Positions 43,831-53,659 are shown, counted from the stretch's first letter. The stretch is 53,659 nucleotides of DNA from Deltaproteobacteria bacterium (GCA_037446775.1 JBBIIA010000011.1:1-53659); one strand, 5' to 3'. Numbers and translations: made by a program. Notes: generated by a model from the letters alone, not told the origin.

Positions 43831-45234
43831 CTAGGGTCGCTCCGGCTCGAGCCGTGCCCAGGAGAGCAGCACCCCGGCCACGCACAGGGCGCACAAGGCC
43901 ACCAGCCCCGCCCGCATGCTGAGCAGGAAGGCGGGCTGGGTGGCGGGGGTCACCGGGTGGCCGCCCATAAACACGGAGAAGGTGACGGTGATGACGGTCA
44001 TGCTGGTCATCATCCCCAGGGCGCGCATGGTGGCGACCATCCCCGAGGCGAGCCCGTAGTGCCGGGGCGGCACGCTGCCCATGATGGCGCTGGTGTTGGG
44101 GGAGGAGAAGAGGGCGAAGCCGGTACCCAGGAGCCCCAGCATGGGCAGGAGGACCCACAGAGGGGTCGTAGCGGTGACGGCGGTCGCCACGCCGAGGCCC
44201 GCGGCGCACAGGGCCATGCCGGCGGTGGCCACCCGCTCCGCCGGGTACCGGTCGGCGAGTCGGCCGCAGGCCGGGGAGAGGACGGCCTGGGTCAGGGGTT
44301 GGAGGAAGAGCATCGCCCCGGCCTCCCGGGGGGTCATGCCCCGGACGTACTGGAGGTACAGGCTCAGGTAAAAGGTGACCCCGAAGGTGCCGGCGTAGTT
44401 GAGGAGGGCGGAGAGGTTGCTCAAGGCGAAGAGGCGGTTGGTTCGGAGCAGGCGGACGTCGAGCACCGGGTAGGGGACGCGGGCCGACCGGGCGAGGAAG
44501 AGGGCCAGGCCGAGGAGCCCGGCCGCGCCCAGGGCCCAGGCCCAGCCCCCCCGCCCGAGGTTCGAGGCCCCGGTGACCAGGAGCAGAATCGACGTACCGT
44601 ACAGCAGGCTGCCCAACCAGTCGAAGGGCTCCCCCCGGGCGTCGGCCCACTCCCCCCGCAGCTTCCAGGCGACCACCGAGAAGGCGACCACCCCCAGGCC
44701 GAAGGAAGCGTGGAAGAGGGACCGCCAGCCGAGGGCGGTCACCAAGAGGCCGCCGAGGAAGGGTCCGCAGGAGATCCCCAGGTACACGCACGCGATGGTG
44801 ATGCCCAGGGCCCGGCCCCGATCCTCGGGGGGGAACACGGCGACCACGATGGCCAGGCCGGTGGCGTTGACCATGGCTCCTCCCAGGCCCTGGAGAAACC
44901 GCAGCGCCAGCACGGCCTCGATGGAGGACGCCAGGGAGAGCACCCCGGCAACGGCGGTGAAGAGGGCGAGGCCGGTTTGAAACACCCGCCGGCGCCCGTG
45001 GATGTCGCCGAGCCGGCCCATGGCGAGGAGAAAGACCGCCGCCGAGGTGACGTACGCGGTCTCCACCAGGCCGAGCTGTAGGGCGCTGGCGTCCAGTTCC
45101 CGGCCGATGGCGGGGAGGGCCACGCCCACCGCCGACATCATGAAGGGCATCAGGAAGTGGACCACCCCCACGGCAAACAGGGTGGCGCGGCGGGAGACGG
45201 TGGCCGCTTTCCCCCCGCACCGCGACGGGGTCAG
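43831..45234 (-). CDS. MFS transporter, DHA2/EmrB-QacA type
   Basis: GRLGDIHGRRR, RFLQGLG, RGRALG, GRLADR, FSSPNT. First canonical start is GTG 45171; CTG 45234 proposed. Confidence 0.88.
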   Translation of the reverse strand: MTPSRCGGKAATVSRRATLFAVGVVHFLMPFMMSAVGVALPAIGRELDASALQLGLVETAYVTSAAVFLLAMGRLGDIHGRRRVFQTGLALFTAVAGVLSLASSIEAVLALRFLQGLGGAMVNATGLAIVVAVFPPEDRGRALGITIACVYLGISCGPFLGGLLVTALGWRSLFHASFGLGVVAFSVVAWKLRGEWADARGEPFDWLGSLLYGTSILLLVTGASNLGRGGWAWALGAAGLLGLALFLARSARVPYPVLDVRLLRTNRLFALSNLSALLNYAGTFGVTFYLSLYLQYVRGMTPREAGAMLFLQPLTQAVLSPACGRLADRYPAERVATAGMALCAAGLGVATAVTATTPLWVLLPMLGLLGTGFALFSSPNTSAIMGSVPPRHYGLASGMVATMRALGMMTSMTVITVTFSVFMGGHPVTPATQPAFLLSMRAGLVALCALCVAGVLLSWARLEPERP

Positions 45235-46001
45235 CCAGCGCCTCCCCTAGCGGCCTCCACGGCCTCCCGCACGGTCTCTCGGAAGATGAGCAAGTAGAGG
45301 GGGTTCACCGCCTGCTCTTCGGCCTCTTCGTCGGAGGCGCCGGGCAAGCAAGCCAGGGCCACCCCCTGGGACAGGGCCCTGAGGTCCGCCACGTCGGCGG
45401 CCCACCGGGGCGCCGCCCCGAGCAGGGCGGCCTCCAGGTCGCCGAGGACCTCGGGCCCTTCGACCTCGGCTAGATAGGAGGACAGCAACTCCTCGAACCG
45501 GGTGGCAGGGGAGTCATCGTCCTCCCCCAAGACGCCATCGGCCATCTCCTCGGCCAGGAAGGCCGCGGCGACGTGCCCCGTGAAGCGGATGCGGCACAGG
45601 GCAGGGTCCTCTTGAAACAAGCGGGTCAGGGCATCCATGTCCTCCGAGAAGACGTCCTGCCGATGCACCTGGGGGACCAGGCCCGGATCGTCCAGGGGAA
45701 AGGGAAGGCTCACCGGCGGCTCGGGGAGGCCTGCGGCGGCCGTGCCGTAGCAGCACTTCTTGTGCTTGCGGCCGCTGCCGCACGGGCAGGGGTCGTTGCG
45801 GCCCACCCGCTGGGACCGCACCCCCCGCCCCTTCGCCGCGTCGTACACCATCAGGGCCGCCGTGAGGGCGTTTAGCCCCATCAGCCGCTCAAACTCGTCG
45901 CTCGGGTCGTAGCCGGCCCGGCGGATCGCCCCCAGCATCGCTTCCTCGACCTCGAGGGGCAGTCCGGCTCCGGAGGAGCGGCTCTTTCGGTTGGTCGCCA
46001 T
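45231..46001 (-). CDS. SEC-C metal-binding motif protein
   Basis: VGRNDPCPCGSGRKHKKCC; acidic helical C-terminal region. Confidence 0.8.
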   Translation of the reverse strand: MATNRKSRSSGAGLPLEVEEAMLGAIRRAGYDPSDEFERLMGLNALTAALMVYDAAKGRGVRSQRVGRNDPCPCGSGRKHKKCCYGTAAAGLPEPPVSLPFPLDDPGLVPQVHRQDVFSEDMDALTRLFQEDPALCRIRFTGHVAAAFLAEEMADGVLGEDDDSPATRFEELLSSYLAEVEGPEVLGDLEAALLGAAPRWAADVADLRALSQGVALACLPGASDEEAEEQAVNPLYLLIFRETVREAVEAARGGAG

Positions 46002-46111
46002 GGGCAGTCCCTCGCGGGTCGAAGGGGTGGGGGCGGCGCGAGGGTAGTTCGGCTGGGGTCGGCGGGTCAAATCCCCGGGGACACCGCCCACCCCCAACGC
46101 CGGGAGGGCTG

Positions 46112-47968
46112 TCAGTATCCCAGGGCTCGGAGAAAGCACCCGACCCTCGCCTCGGCCGAGGGCCCTGCCCCAGCTTCCACGGTGGCGGCGGCGGTGGCAG
46201 TCAGCCCTTCGCCGTCCTGCACCCGCACCCGTAGGGTGTAGGTGCCGGGGCGAGAGAAGGTGACGCTGACCGCCTCCGCGACCCCGGGGCGGCTCCGCAG
46301 TTCCCCGTCCCCCAGGTCCCACTCGTAGGCGGCGATCGTCCCGTCGGGATCGGTGGCCACGGCGCGGGCGGTGACGGCGACGGGGGCGACCCCGCCCCCG
46401 TCGCTCACCTCGAGGCGGACCTCCGGCGGGCGGTTCACCGCCACCGGGAAGTCCGCGCCCTCGCCGTTCACCCGCACCCGGCCGGTGACCGCCCCCCCTG
46501 GGACCCGAGCCTCGATCCGCCGGTCGCCCCAGGCAACGACCTCCAGGGCCGCCGCCCCGAGGGCGGCGCTGCCGGGGTTCGGCCCGAAGTTGGCCCCGGT
46601 GATGATCAGGGTCGCCCCGGGATTGACCCGCCCGGGGGTCGCACCGAAGACGCACGCCCGGTCCCCGAGGGTGAGGGAGCGCGCCGCGTTGATCCGCCCC
46701 CCGGTCGCCAGCTTCCCCGCCAGGCCAGGGAGGGGATCGACCCCGTTGAGGAGGCGGGCCTTCACCTGGTGGTGGTCGAGCCCCGGGCGATAGGCCCACA
46801 CCAGGGCCGCCAGGCCCGCCACGTGGGGAGCCGCGGTGGAGGTGCCGGAGAGATAGCCGTAGGGGCCCCGGTCGGGGATGCCCATGGAGCCCCGGGTGCT
46901 CACCACCCCGGTGGGGCTGGAGGAGTAGGCGCCCCCCGGCGCGGCGAGGTGGACCGAGGCGGCGCCGATGGAGGAGTAGGGGGCCAGGGCATCTTCCCGG
47001 GTGGTGGCAGCCACGGCGAGGTTGTTGGGCGTCCGGGTCGAGGCGGGATAGACCCGGGTGCGATCCAAGTCGGCCCGGGTGTTGCCGGCGGCCGATACGG
47101 TCAGGACGCCGCGCTCGTCGGCGTAGGCCAGGGCCTCCTCCAGGGCCCGGATCTCCCCGGCCACCGCCCCGGACGCGGGGATCGTGAAGCTGAGGTTGAC
47201 CACCCGAGCCCCGTGGTCCACGGCGTACACGATGCCCGCGGCGGCGTCGGCCACGTCGCCGAGCCCGGCGCTGCCGTGGAGGAACTTGACGGCCATCAGC
47301 CGCACCCGCCAGTTGACGCCCGCGACGCCGACGCGGTTGTTGCCGACGGCGCCGATCACCCCGGCCACGTGGGTGCCGTGGGTGTCCGCCGCGTCGTCGT
47401 CTCGGGGGTCGCCCGACACCACCCCGTACTTGTACCGGACCCCGTACACGTCGTCGACGACGCCGTTGCCGTCGTCATCGATCCCGTTGCCGGGGATCTC
47501 CCCGGGGTTTCGCCACAGGTTCAAAAAGAGGTCCGGGTGGCCGTAGTCGATGCCCGTATCGAGGACGGCCACGATCGTCTCGCCCCCGGTGGCGAAGTCC
47601 CACGCCCCGGGGGCGGCGATGGCCCCCAGGGCCCACTGCTCCCCCGCGACGAAGAGCGGGTCGTCGGCCCGGGTCACCGCCTTTACCGCCAGGTAGTTGG
47701 GCTCGGCGTACGCGACGCTGGGGTCGCGGCGAAGCGCCGCCACCGCCGCCTCCACCGTGACGCCGGCCGGCAGCTCGAGCCGCTCGAGCCCGAGGGGGGC
47801 GACCCGCTGGGTCAGCCGGGCCCCCCGCCGGGCCAGGGCGCGGCCCGCCTCGGCCCCGGGGCGGAACTTGACCAAGACCTCCCCGGGGCGGTACGCCGGC
47901 TCCCCGGCGACCGGGCCAGCCACCCCCAGGGCCACCGCTAAAAGCACCCCCGCGCTCGTTCCTCGCAC
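46112..47968 (-). CDS. Secreted S8 subtilase with IPT/TIG and PKD domains
   Basis: Signal peptide, prodomain YAEPNY, triad LDTG / HGTHVAG / GTSTAAPHVAG, ITGANFG, YEWDLGDG. Confidence 0.92.
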   Translation of the reverse strand: MRGTSAGVLLAVALGVAGPVAGEPAYRPGEVLVKFRPGAEAGRALARRGARLTQRVAPLGLERLELPAGVTVEAAVAALRRDPSVAYAEPNYLAVKAVTRADDPLFVAGEQWALGAIAAPGAWDFATGGETIVAVLDTGIDYGHPDLFLNLWRNPGEIPGNGIDDDGNGVVDDVYGVRYKYGVVSGDPRDDDAADTHGTHVAGVIGAVGNNRVGVAGVNWRVRLMAVKFLHGSAGLGDVADAAAGIVYAVDHGARVVNLSFTIPASGAVAGEIRALEEALAYADERGVLTVSAAGNTRADLDRTRVYPASTRTPNNLAVAATTREDALAPYSSIGAASVHLAAPGGAYSSSPTGVVSTRGSMGIPDRGPYGYLSGTSTAAPHVAGLAALVWAYRPGLDHHQVKARLLNGVDPLPGLAGKLATGGRINAARSLTLGDRACVFGATPGRVNPGATLIITGANFGPNPGSAALGAAALEVVAWGDRRIEARVPGGAVTGRVRVNGEGADFPVAVNRPPEVRLEVSDGGGVAPVAVTARAVATDPDGTIAAYEWDLGDGELRSRPGVAEAVSVTFSRPGTYTLRVRVQDGEGLTATAAATVEAGAGPSAEARVGCFLRALGY

Positions 47969-47997
47969 CAGACTCCCTTCTCGCCCCCAAACCGACC

Positions 47998-48031
47998 GCG
48001 GGGGAGACGGCCCTGAGGCCGCCTCCCCCGC
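47998..48031 (-). terminator. Stem-loop between the lipoprotein and subtilase genes
   Basis: 15-bp stem GCGGGGGAGACGGCC / GGCCGCCTCCCCCGC; the mismatch is a G-U pair on the minus strand. Confidence 0.55.
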
Positions 48032-48074
48032 TCCAGGGGCTTGGTTTGCGCCGCCCCCGTCGGGCGGCGGTGGG

Positions 48075-50387
48075 TTACCTATCTCCCGGGGGATCCGGCA
48101 GCGGCAAGGGGGCAGAGATGCCCCGGGCGTAGTTGTGCCCGCTCCCGTCCATCTTGCGGGTCTGGAAGACCCAGGTGGGCTCGTCCATGTCCGGCAGGTA
48201 CTCCTCGACGTCGGCGATCTGGTCCGCGGGGATGGTGATCGAGCTGATCCCCTTGGGCACCCGGGCGTGGACCACGGCGACGTCCCTGGTCTGGGTCCAG
48301 TCGTAGGTGTTGATCACCAGGTGATAGCGGTCAAAGCTCGAGGTGTCCGCCGGCTCGACCCAGGAGAAGGTGAGGGAGCCGTCGGTCCCCCAGGCCGCCT
48401 GCCGCGTCCCCGAAGCGACCACGGGGAGGGTCACGGTCCCCGGTAGGTTCACGGTGGCGGTGGCTACCTGCCCGGTCCGGGTGGTCAGCGCGACCGTGTA
48501 GTTCCCGGAGGGGAGGGTGGTGCTCCCGAGCCGTACCAGGAATCCGGTCTGGAAGCTCGGCACGAGGGCCCCAAAGCGCCCGGCCTCCGGGTCCCACTCG
48601 GTGGCCACGAACCGGTTGCGCTGGAAGGTGGTGGCTCCGTCCGGGGGCTCCAGGTATCCGTTGGGGCCGGTAATGGCGCCGTCGACGATGTCTCCCTCGA
48701 AGATCGGCGCCCCGCCAAAGGTCACGGCGGCCCAAGCGACGTACTGGTTCTGCGCGGGCTCGGCAAAGGACTGGTACTGGACGAAGGCGTTGGCGATGGC
48801 AAAGGTCCCCTTGGACGCCGCCTGCCCCTTGGCGGCAAAGGGGTACAGCCGCGCGTCGAACACCTCGGTGTACGAGAGGTAGTGGGCGACCTGGAGGTCC
48901 CCGGTGTCGAGTTCCTCGTCCCCGTTGCGGTCCCACAGCTCGTAGGGGTCGATGATTCCGTTGCGGTCTTGGTCCTCCCACTCCCCGGGGTTCCCCCCTT
49001 CCGGCAGGGTGATGCCCCAGGAGCAGGACCCGGCGTTGCCCGGGAGGCGCACCCCCTGCCCGCCGGTGAATTCCGACCGAGCCGCCAGATATCCGTTTTC
49101 CCACGCCTCGGGGGTCTCGTCCCCGTCGAGATCCACCGGATCGCCCAGGTACCAATCACCCCGGTCCCCCGAGGTGCAGACGACGGCGTGCTCGGCCCAG
49201 GTATCGGTGAGGCCCAAAAGCTCGGCGACGGCGGCCTTGCGGGCCGACGAGGCGGCGGCGCGCAGCACCGCGGCCCGGGTGGAGAAGCGCACCGTCGAAG
49301 CCTTGGCGGCTCCCGCCGACGGGTACACGAGCTCCCGGGCCTTGGACTTGATCAGCACCTCGGCCACCTGCCCGGTGATCCGATCCCCCGCGCCAACCGT
49401 GGCGGGCTGGAACGTGGCGGGGTCCACCGGGGTTCCCGCCACCGTAAAGGCGGGGTCGGGGAGCAGTGCGTCGCGGAAGCCCTCGCCGTCCTCGCCGTCC
49501 TCGCCCTCGAAGTCGACGATGGCGAGGAACCGGTCCCCCACCGCCTCTTCGCTTTCGCCCCCGTCTTCGCCGTAAAAGTAGGGATCCAGGGGATCGAGGG
49601 TCCCGCGCCGACTGGTGAGGTTGTACCACCCCCCCATCAGGTTCGAGGTCCCCTCCCGGCCGTGAAAGGAAGTCCAGTGGTAGAGGCCGGTGACCCGGGT
49701 CAGGTCCCCGAAGGCCCGCTCCGGGCCCTCGGTGGGGCCCCGGGCCCCCCAGTACAGCGCGTACCTCCCCCCCTCCAGGTAGTGGGGCCCGGTGGTGGCG
49801 CTTTGGGGCCCCTGCCCCTCGTCCTGCTCAAACGGGTCGGTCAGGGAGCGGAGCTCGAAACCGTCGAGCCGCAGCGACCCCGCCCCGCTCGACAGGGCGA
49901 GGGGGGCGGGGGCCCCGTTGGCGTCCACGAAGGTCCAGTTGCCGGCGAGGAAGGTGAGGGTGACGGTGTTTGGTCCCACCACCAGGGTGCCGGAGCTGGA
50001 GACCCGGTCCAGGAGCCGGCCCCGGTCCTCCGAGGTGTCCCCGGCCTCCACCTGGCGGGCCTCGGCGGTAAAGGAGTACGGTCCGGGGACCAGGTTGAGG
50101 GTGGCCGTCGGGCTGGCAGGGGTCAGGGTCACCGAGCCCCGGTTCTCGTCGTCGGCAAACCCCCGATAGGAGACCACGATCTCGTTGGTCCGGGGGTCCA
50201 TCAAGCTCTTCACCGCCTGCCCCTGCCCCGGGAACTGGGTGCGCAGGGTCACCAGGGCAGTCCTGGCGGCGGTGGGCGAGGTCTCGGCCGGGGCGGCGGC
50301 CTCGGGCGCGCCGGAACCCGAGCCGCCGCACCCGAGGGCAGCGACGGCCAGGGCGGCGCTCAACATCCACGGAATGGTCCTACGCAT
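48075..50387 (-). CDS. Large surface lipoprotein, function unknown
   Basis: Lipobox ALGC; DLDGDE, DQDRNG, DRNGDE Ca-binding-like loops; beta-rich C-terminal domain. Confidence 0.75.
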   Translation of the reverse strand: MRRTIPWMLSAALAVAALGCGGSGSGAPEAAAPAETSPTAARTALVTLRTQFPGQGQAVKSLMDPRTNEIVVSYRGFADDENRGSVTLTPASPTATLNLVPGPYSFTAEARQVEAGDTSEDRGRLLDRVSSSGTLVVGPNTVTLTFLAGNWTFVDANGAPAPLALSSGAGSLRLDGFELRSLTDPFEQDEGQGPQSATTGPHYLEGGRYALYWGARGPTEGPERAFGDLTRVTGLYHWTSFHGREGTSNLMGGWYNLTSRRGTLDPLDPYFYGEDGGESEEAVGDRFLAIVDFEGEDGEDGEGFRDALLPDPAFTVAGTPVDPATFQPATVGAGDRITGQVAEVLIKSKARELVYPSAGAAKASTVRFSTRAAVLRAAASSARKAAVAELLGLTDTWAEHAVVCTSGDRGDWYLGDPVDLDGDETPEAWENGYLAARSEFTGGQGVRLPGNAGSCSWGITLPEGGNPGEWEDQDRNGIIDPYELWDRNGDEELDTGDLQVAHYLSYTEVFDARLYPFAAKGQAASKGTFAIANAFVQYQSFAEPAQNQYVAWAAVTFGGAPIFEGDIVDGAITGPNGYLEPPDGATTFQRNRFVATEWDPEAGRFGALVPSFQTGFLVRLGSTTLPSGNYTVALTTRTGQVATATVNLPGTVTLPVVASGTRQAAWGTDGSLTFSWVEPADTSSFDRYHLVINTYDWTQTRDVAVVHARVPKGISSITIPADQIADVEEYLPDMDEPTWVFQTRKMDGSGHNYARGISAPLPLPDPPGDR

Positions 50388-50410
50388 GGGTCATCCTCCT
50401 CATCGGGCTG

Positions 50411-50441
50411 AGCGTCGGCGGCGAAAGCCGCCGCCGACGCT
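50411..50441. other. Intergenic perfect 13-bp stem-loop
   Basis: AGCGTCGGCGGCG-AAAGC-CGCCGCCGACGCT. Confidence 0.6.
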
Positions 50442-50447
50442 TCTGGT

Positions 50448-53294
50448 CTAGCGAACGATCACCTCCACCTGGGCCGGGGTGCCGAAGTACAGGGTGAAGT
50501 CGGCGGTGGCCGTCCCCCCCTGCCCGTCGGTCACCGTGAGCCGTACGTCGTAACTGCTCCCCAGGACGGCCCCCGCGGGAACCGTGAAGGTGCTGTTGGC
50601 CGCGTCGCTGGGGGTGACGGTGCCCCGGGGCGCGGTCCAGCTGTAGGTCGGCTGGTCCCCGTCGAGGTCGTAGGCGGCGGCGTACAGCCGGATCTGCTGG
50701 CCCGCCGCCGTGATGCGGACCGTCTCGGGATAGGCGTAGGAGATCACGGGGGCCCGGTTGCCGCTGCCCGCGGTCACGCTCAAGCGGCCTAGGCCGACCG
50801 TGGCTTCCCCGCCCCGCTGGTCGGTGACCGTGAGGACCGGGGTGTAGGTCCCCACCGCCAGCCCGGTCAAGGGGACGAGCTTCTCGTACTCGCCCCGGAC
50901 GAACTGGCCGCTCCCCAGGGTCTGGGTGCCGCTCTTGATGGTGTAGGCGAGGGGGTAGTCCCCGTCCTCGTCGAAGGCGTACAAAGAGGCCTGGACGGTT
51001 CGCCCTTCCCGGATGCTGGCGGACCCGAGCCACCCGGAGGCGGTCGGGGGGGAGTTGGCGGGCACCAGGTTCCCGAGGTCGGCGACGCCGGCCGCGTCGC
51101 TCTGCTCGTCGCCGTCCACGGTGCCGTTGACGTTGAACACGGCGTCCGGGGTGCCGTCGCTGCCCACGTACGCCCGCAGGTCGCGGTCGCACGGCACCTC
51201 GGCCGTGACCCCGCCGGACGCATTGGCGTAAGCCCAGGCGTAGAACCGCGCGCCGCCCGCCGGCGCGAACCAGACGTAGGCAGAGGGGACCGGGGCACCC
51301 GCGCCAGTGACGACGGTGGCCCGAACCTCGCAGCGGTTGTCGACGAGGGTGTTGACCTTGGTGGCGCGGCAGGTGCCGTCGGGGTTCAGGACCCCGAGGG
51401 TGACCGGCTCCTCGACCCAGGTGTAGCTGAGCGGGTCGTAGTAGCTGAGGGTCGCCGACCGGTCCGGGTCCGTAACGTCGGTCAGCAGGGTAGCCAGGGT
51501 GACCTTGCCCGCGGCGTCGCTGTGCCCGTAGACGTAGCCGAAGCTCGTGGCGGCGGGGTCGTCATCCCGGAGGTTCGCCTGCACCGACGCCAGGGGCCCC
51601 CGGTTGGTCTGGAAGGTCTTCTCGATGCAGACCTGGACGGGCTCCTGGAACACCAGGGGGTAGTCCAGGTTCCACCAGGAGCGGAGGAAGTCCTCGTTGA
51701 TCACCAGGATGTCGAGGTAGTAGACCGACGATCCCCCCGGGTTGCAGTTGGCGGCGGTCACGTCACCGGCCGGGGCGTTCCCCGCCGAGTCCACCACGGT
51801 GCCCACCCCCAGGAGGTCCCAGACGCCCCGTACCCGGTTGAGGGTGTACACCGGCACCTGGTAGCCGTCGGGGCTGGTGAGGGCCGCGCACTGGGTGGGA
51901 TCGCCCGTGCCGTCGCAGAAGTCGGTGAGGAGCGAGCCGCAGCTCCCGGTGGGGATCCAACGGCGGATCCGGGTCGACTCGGTGGCCGCCTTGCCAGCCT
52001 GCCGCGCCGCGGCCCGGAGGGTGCCGAGGCTCGTGCCGTTCTCGTCGGTGATCTCCATGAAGTCAAACGCCACGGAGAGCAGGCGGTTGCCGTCCTGGTC
52101 GACGTAGTCCCCGGGGAAGTTGCGGGCGTCCGACGGGTCGGTGGGGTCGAAGGACCGGAGTTTCCCGACCAGGCTACCGGTCTCGTCGGGCACCGTGCTC
52201 CCGGGCACGAAGACATCGAGTTCGACCGCGGCCCCGTTGGCCTTGGCCGCAAAGAGCGCCCCGTGGCTGCCCAGGGCGGCCCGGGTGCCGTCGGCGTAGC
52301 GCACGACCCCGAAAGAGAAGCCAACCACGGGCTCGCCCGAGGCCTTGAGGGAGGTCCCCTTGGGGGCCACCACGGTGACCACCGCCTGGAGCTCGGCGTT
52401 GATCGTCAGGTTCTGGCCGGCCGCGAAGTCGGCGCGCCGGGTGGTGTCGGTGAAGCCCTCTTTGCGCACCCGCACCGTGAGGTAGCCCGGGCCGTCCGGC
52501 AGATCGAGCCGGACCGAGTAGAAGCCGGCGGCGTTGGCCACCGCGTTGCCCGTGCCGATCAGGGCGTTGGCCGGGTCGTAGGACCGCACCTCGACCAGGG
52601 CGCCGGGGGCCGCCACGGCCTTGGCGGCGCCGCCGGCGGCGACGTCCACGCTGCCGGACACCGTCCGGGGCGATCGCGGGGTCGGGGGGGTGATGACGTA
52701 GGTCTGGGTGGCCACCGTACCCGCGTTGGTCGCCAGGTCCACGGCAAAGTACTTCAGCGTGGTGCTGGTGGCGATGGCGATGGGGCCCGCGTAGACCGGG
52801 GAGCTCGTGGTCGGCTCGGCGCCACCGAGCTCGTAGTAGATGGTGGCGGTCTCGATCGCCGCCAAGGTCACGTTTTGGGCCCCGGAGAAGGGCCCCGCGC
52901 TCCCCGCCGGGGTGGCGGTGACCGTGGGGGCGACCTTGTCGATGGTGTAGAGCAGGGTCGTCACGGCGCTTACGTTCCCCGCCACGTCCACGCCGAGGAA
53001 CTTGAGGGTGGTGGTGGCCGTGATGGCGATGGGGGCCGTGTACTTGTTGGCGGGAACCGCCGTGGGCGTGCTGCCGTTGGTGGTGTAGTAGATGGAGGCG
53101 GCGGCGTCGTCCGCCGTCAGGGTCACGCTCTTATCCGCGTTGTAAATCCCTTCGGGGGGCGCGGCCGTGACGACCGGAGGGGTGGTGTCGCCACCTCCGC
53201 CGCCCCCGCCGCCTCCTCCCCCACCGCAGCCGCTGACTCCGAGCGCCAAAGCGCCCAGAACCACCAGGGACCAGCCTCGCAACACACGAAACAT
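50448..53294 (-). CDS. Large surface lipoprotein with two chitobiase-C/Fn3-associated repeats and Ig/PKD-like domains
   Basis: Lipobox VSGC, poly-Gly, two IYY...G..PT....Y..PI.I...TTLK...VD.A.N repeats, LTVTD..GG motifs. Confidence 0.82.
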   Translation of the reverse strand: MFRVLRGWSLVVLGALALGVSGCGGGGGGGGGGGGDTTPPVVTAAPPEGIYNADKSVTLTADDAAASIYYTTNGSTPTAVPANKYTAPIAITATTTLKFLGVDVAGNVSAVTTLLYTIDKVAPTVTATPAGSAGPFSGAQNVTLAAIETATIYYELGGAEPTTSSPVYAGPIAIATSTTLKYFAVDLATNAGTVATQTYVITPPTPRSPRTVSGSVDVAAGGAAKAVAAPGALVEVRSYDPANALIGTGNAVANAAGFYSVRLDLPDGPGYLTVRVRKEGFTDTTRRADFAAGQNLTINAELQAVVTVVAPKGTSLKASGEPVVGFSFGVVRYADGTRAALGSHGALFAAKANGAAVELDVFVPGSTVPDETGSLVGKLRSFDPTDPSDARNFPGDYVDQDGNRLLSVAFDFMEITDENGTSLGTLRAAARQAGKAATESTRIRRWIPTGSCGSLLTDFCDGTGDPTQCAALTSPDGYQVPVYTLNRVRGVWDLLGVGTVVDSAGNAPAGDVTAANCNPGGSSVYYLDILVINEDFLRSWWNLDYPLVFQEPVQVCIEKTFQTNRGPLASVQANLRDDDPAATSFGYVYGHSDAAGKVTLATLLTDVTDPDRSATLSYYDPLSYTWVEEPVTLGVLNPDGTCRATKVNTLVDNRCEVRATVVTGAGAPVPSAYVWFAPAGGARFYAWAYANASGGVTAEVPCDRDLRAYVGSDGTPDAVFNVNGTVDGDEQSDAAGVADLGNLVPANSPPTASGWLGSASIREGRTVQASLYAFDEDGDYPLAYTIKSGTQTLGSGQFVRGEYEKLVPLTGLAVGTYTPVLTVTDQRGGEATVGLGRLSVTAGSGNRAPVISYAYPETVRITAAGQQIRLYAAAYDLDGDQPTYSWTAPRGTVTPSDAANSTFTVPAGAVLGSSYDVRLTVTDGQGGTATADFTLYFGTPAQVEVIVR

Positions 53295-53659
53295 GTTCGC
53301 CTCCTCTCCCCCGCGCAGGGTTCCCCGAGCGCGCCGCCGTGGCGCGCTTGGGGCAGTTGAGCCGTGACGGTCAGGCCGTGGCGGCCGGGCGACACCTCCC
53401 CGGAGCGACGCCGGGCCCAGCCCCCCCTATAGAACGGCATATATTTCCCCCGCTAAAGTCGTCTCGCTGTCGACCCCTTGCGATTCCTGTCGTCTTTTTG
53501 TCGACCGGGGAGAGATATTCGAATCCCGCACCCAAATCGGCCGACGGGTGGGGAGCCCCTCGCACCGGCCCAGAGGCAGCGTGGGACCGGCCACGGGCAT
53601 TTTAGATGGATACTCGTTTTGCGCAAGGGCTGCCTGACACCGCTCGGCGGTCACCCGCG

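Noticed and set aside
45760-45810. secA
   Set aside because: Only the SEC-C motif is present in a 256-aa protein; no helicase domains.
53190-53225. GGN repeat as a contingency locus
   Set aside because: Mixed Gly codons encoding an ordinary lipoprotein linker, not a pure microsatellite.
53465-53505. TGTCG direct repeats upstream of the lipoprotein gene
   Set aside because: Too short and irregularly spaced to call a binding site without comparative data.

Overview
High-GC (roughly 70% by eye) bacterial DNA whose gene content points to an anaerobic Desulfobacterota/Deferrisoma-like organism (inference). From left to right: a GTAG-type REP palindrome and a 161-bp MITE; a minus-strand run of tonB, large NAD-glutamate dehydrogenase, a DMSO-reductase-family Mo enzyme and 4-hydroxybenzoyl-CoA reductase-like hcrBCA, with a divergent IclR and two matching operators; an outer-membrane aromatic channel, a decayed aryl-CoA ligase and a tetraheme cytochrome c. 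Next is a TetR / acyl-CoA dehydrogenase / HdrD-like / EtfBA / split double-HdrA operon, in which three gene junctions carry a family of TTGAC(A/C)GGATAAC(A/G)GGAT inverted-repeat elements, one enclosing a GxxExxY nuclease-family gene. Then come a selenocysteine formate dehydrogenase with NuoEF-like partners, preceded by a short leader ORF with two in-frame UGA codons; a HupE/UreJ metal-uptake trio, a CPA2 antiporter, vapBC, and a binding-protein/hybrid-kinase pair; a group 3c [NiFe] hydrogenase (mvhDGA) linked to a GltD/NfnB-like flavoprotein instead of HdrABC; and an MFS pump, a SEC-C protein, a subtilase and two large surface lipoproteins. The best novelty candidates are the GxxExxY inverted-repeat element family and the UGA-x-x-UGA leader ORF. 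Most long ORFs in the six-frame track are GC-driven shadows. All product calls come from motif recognition by eye; no database searches were run.
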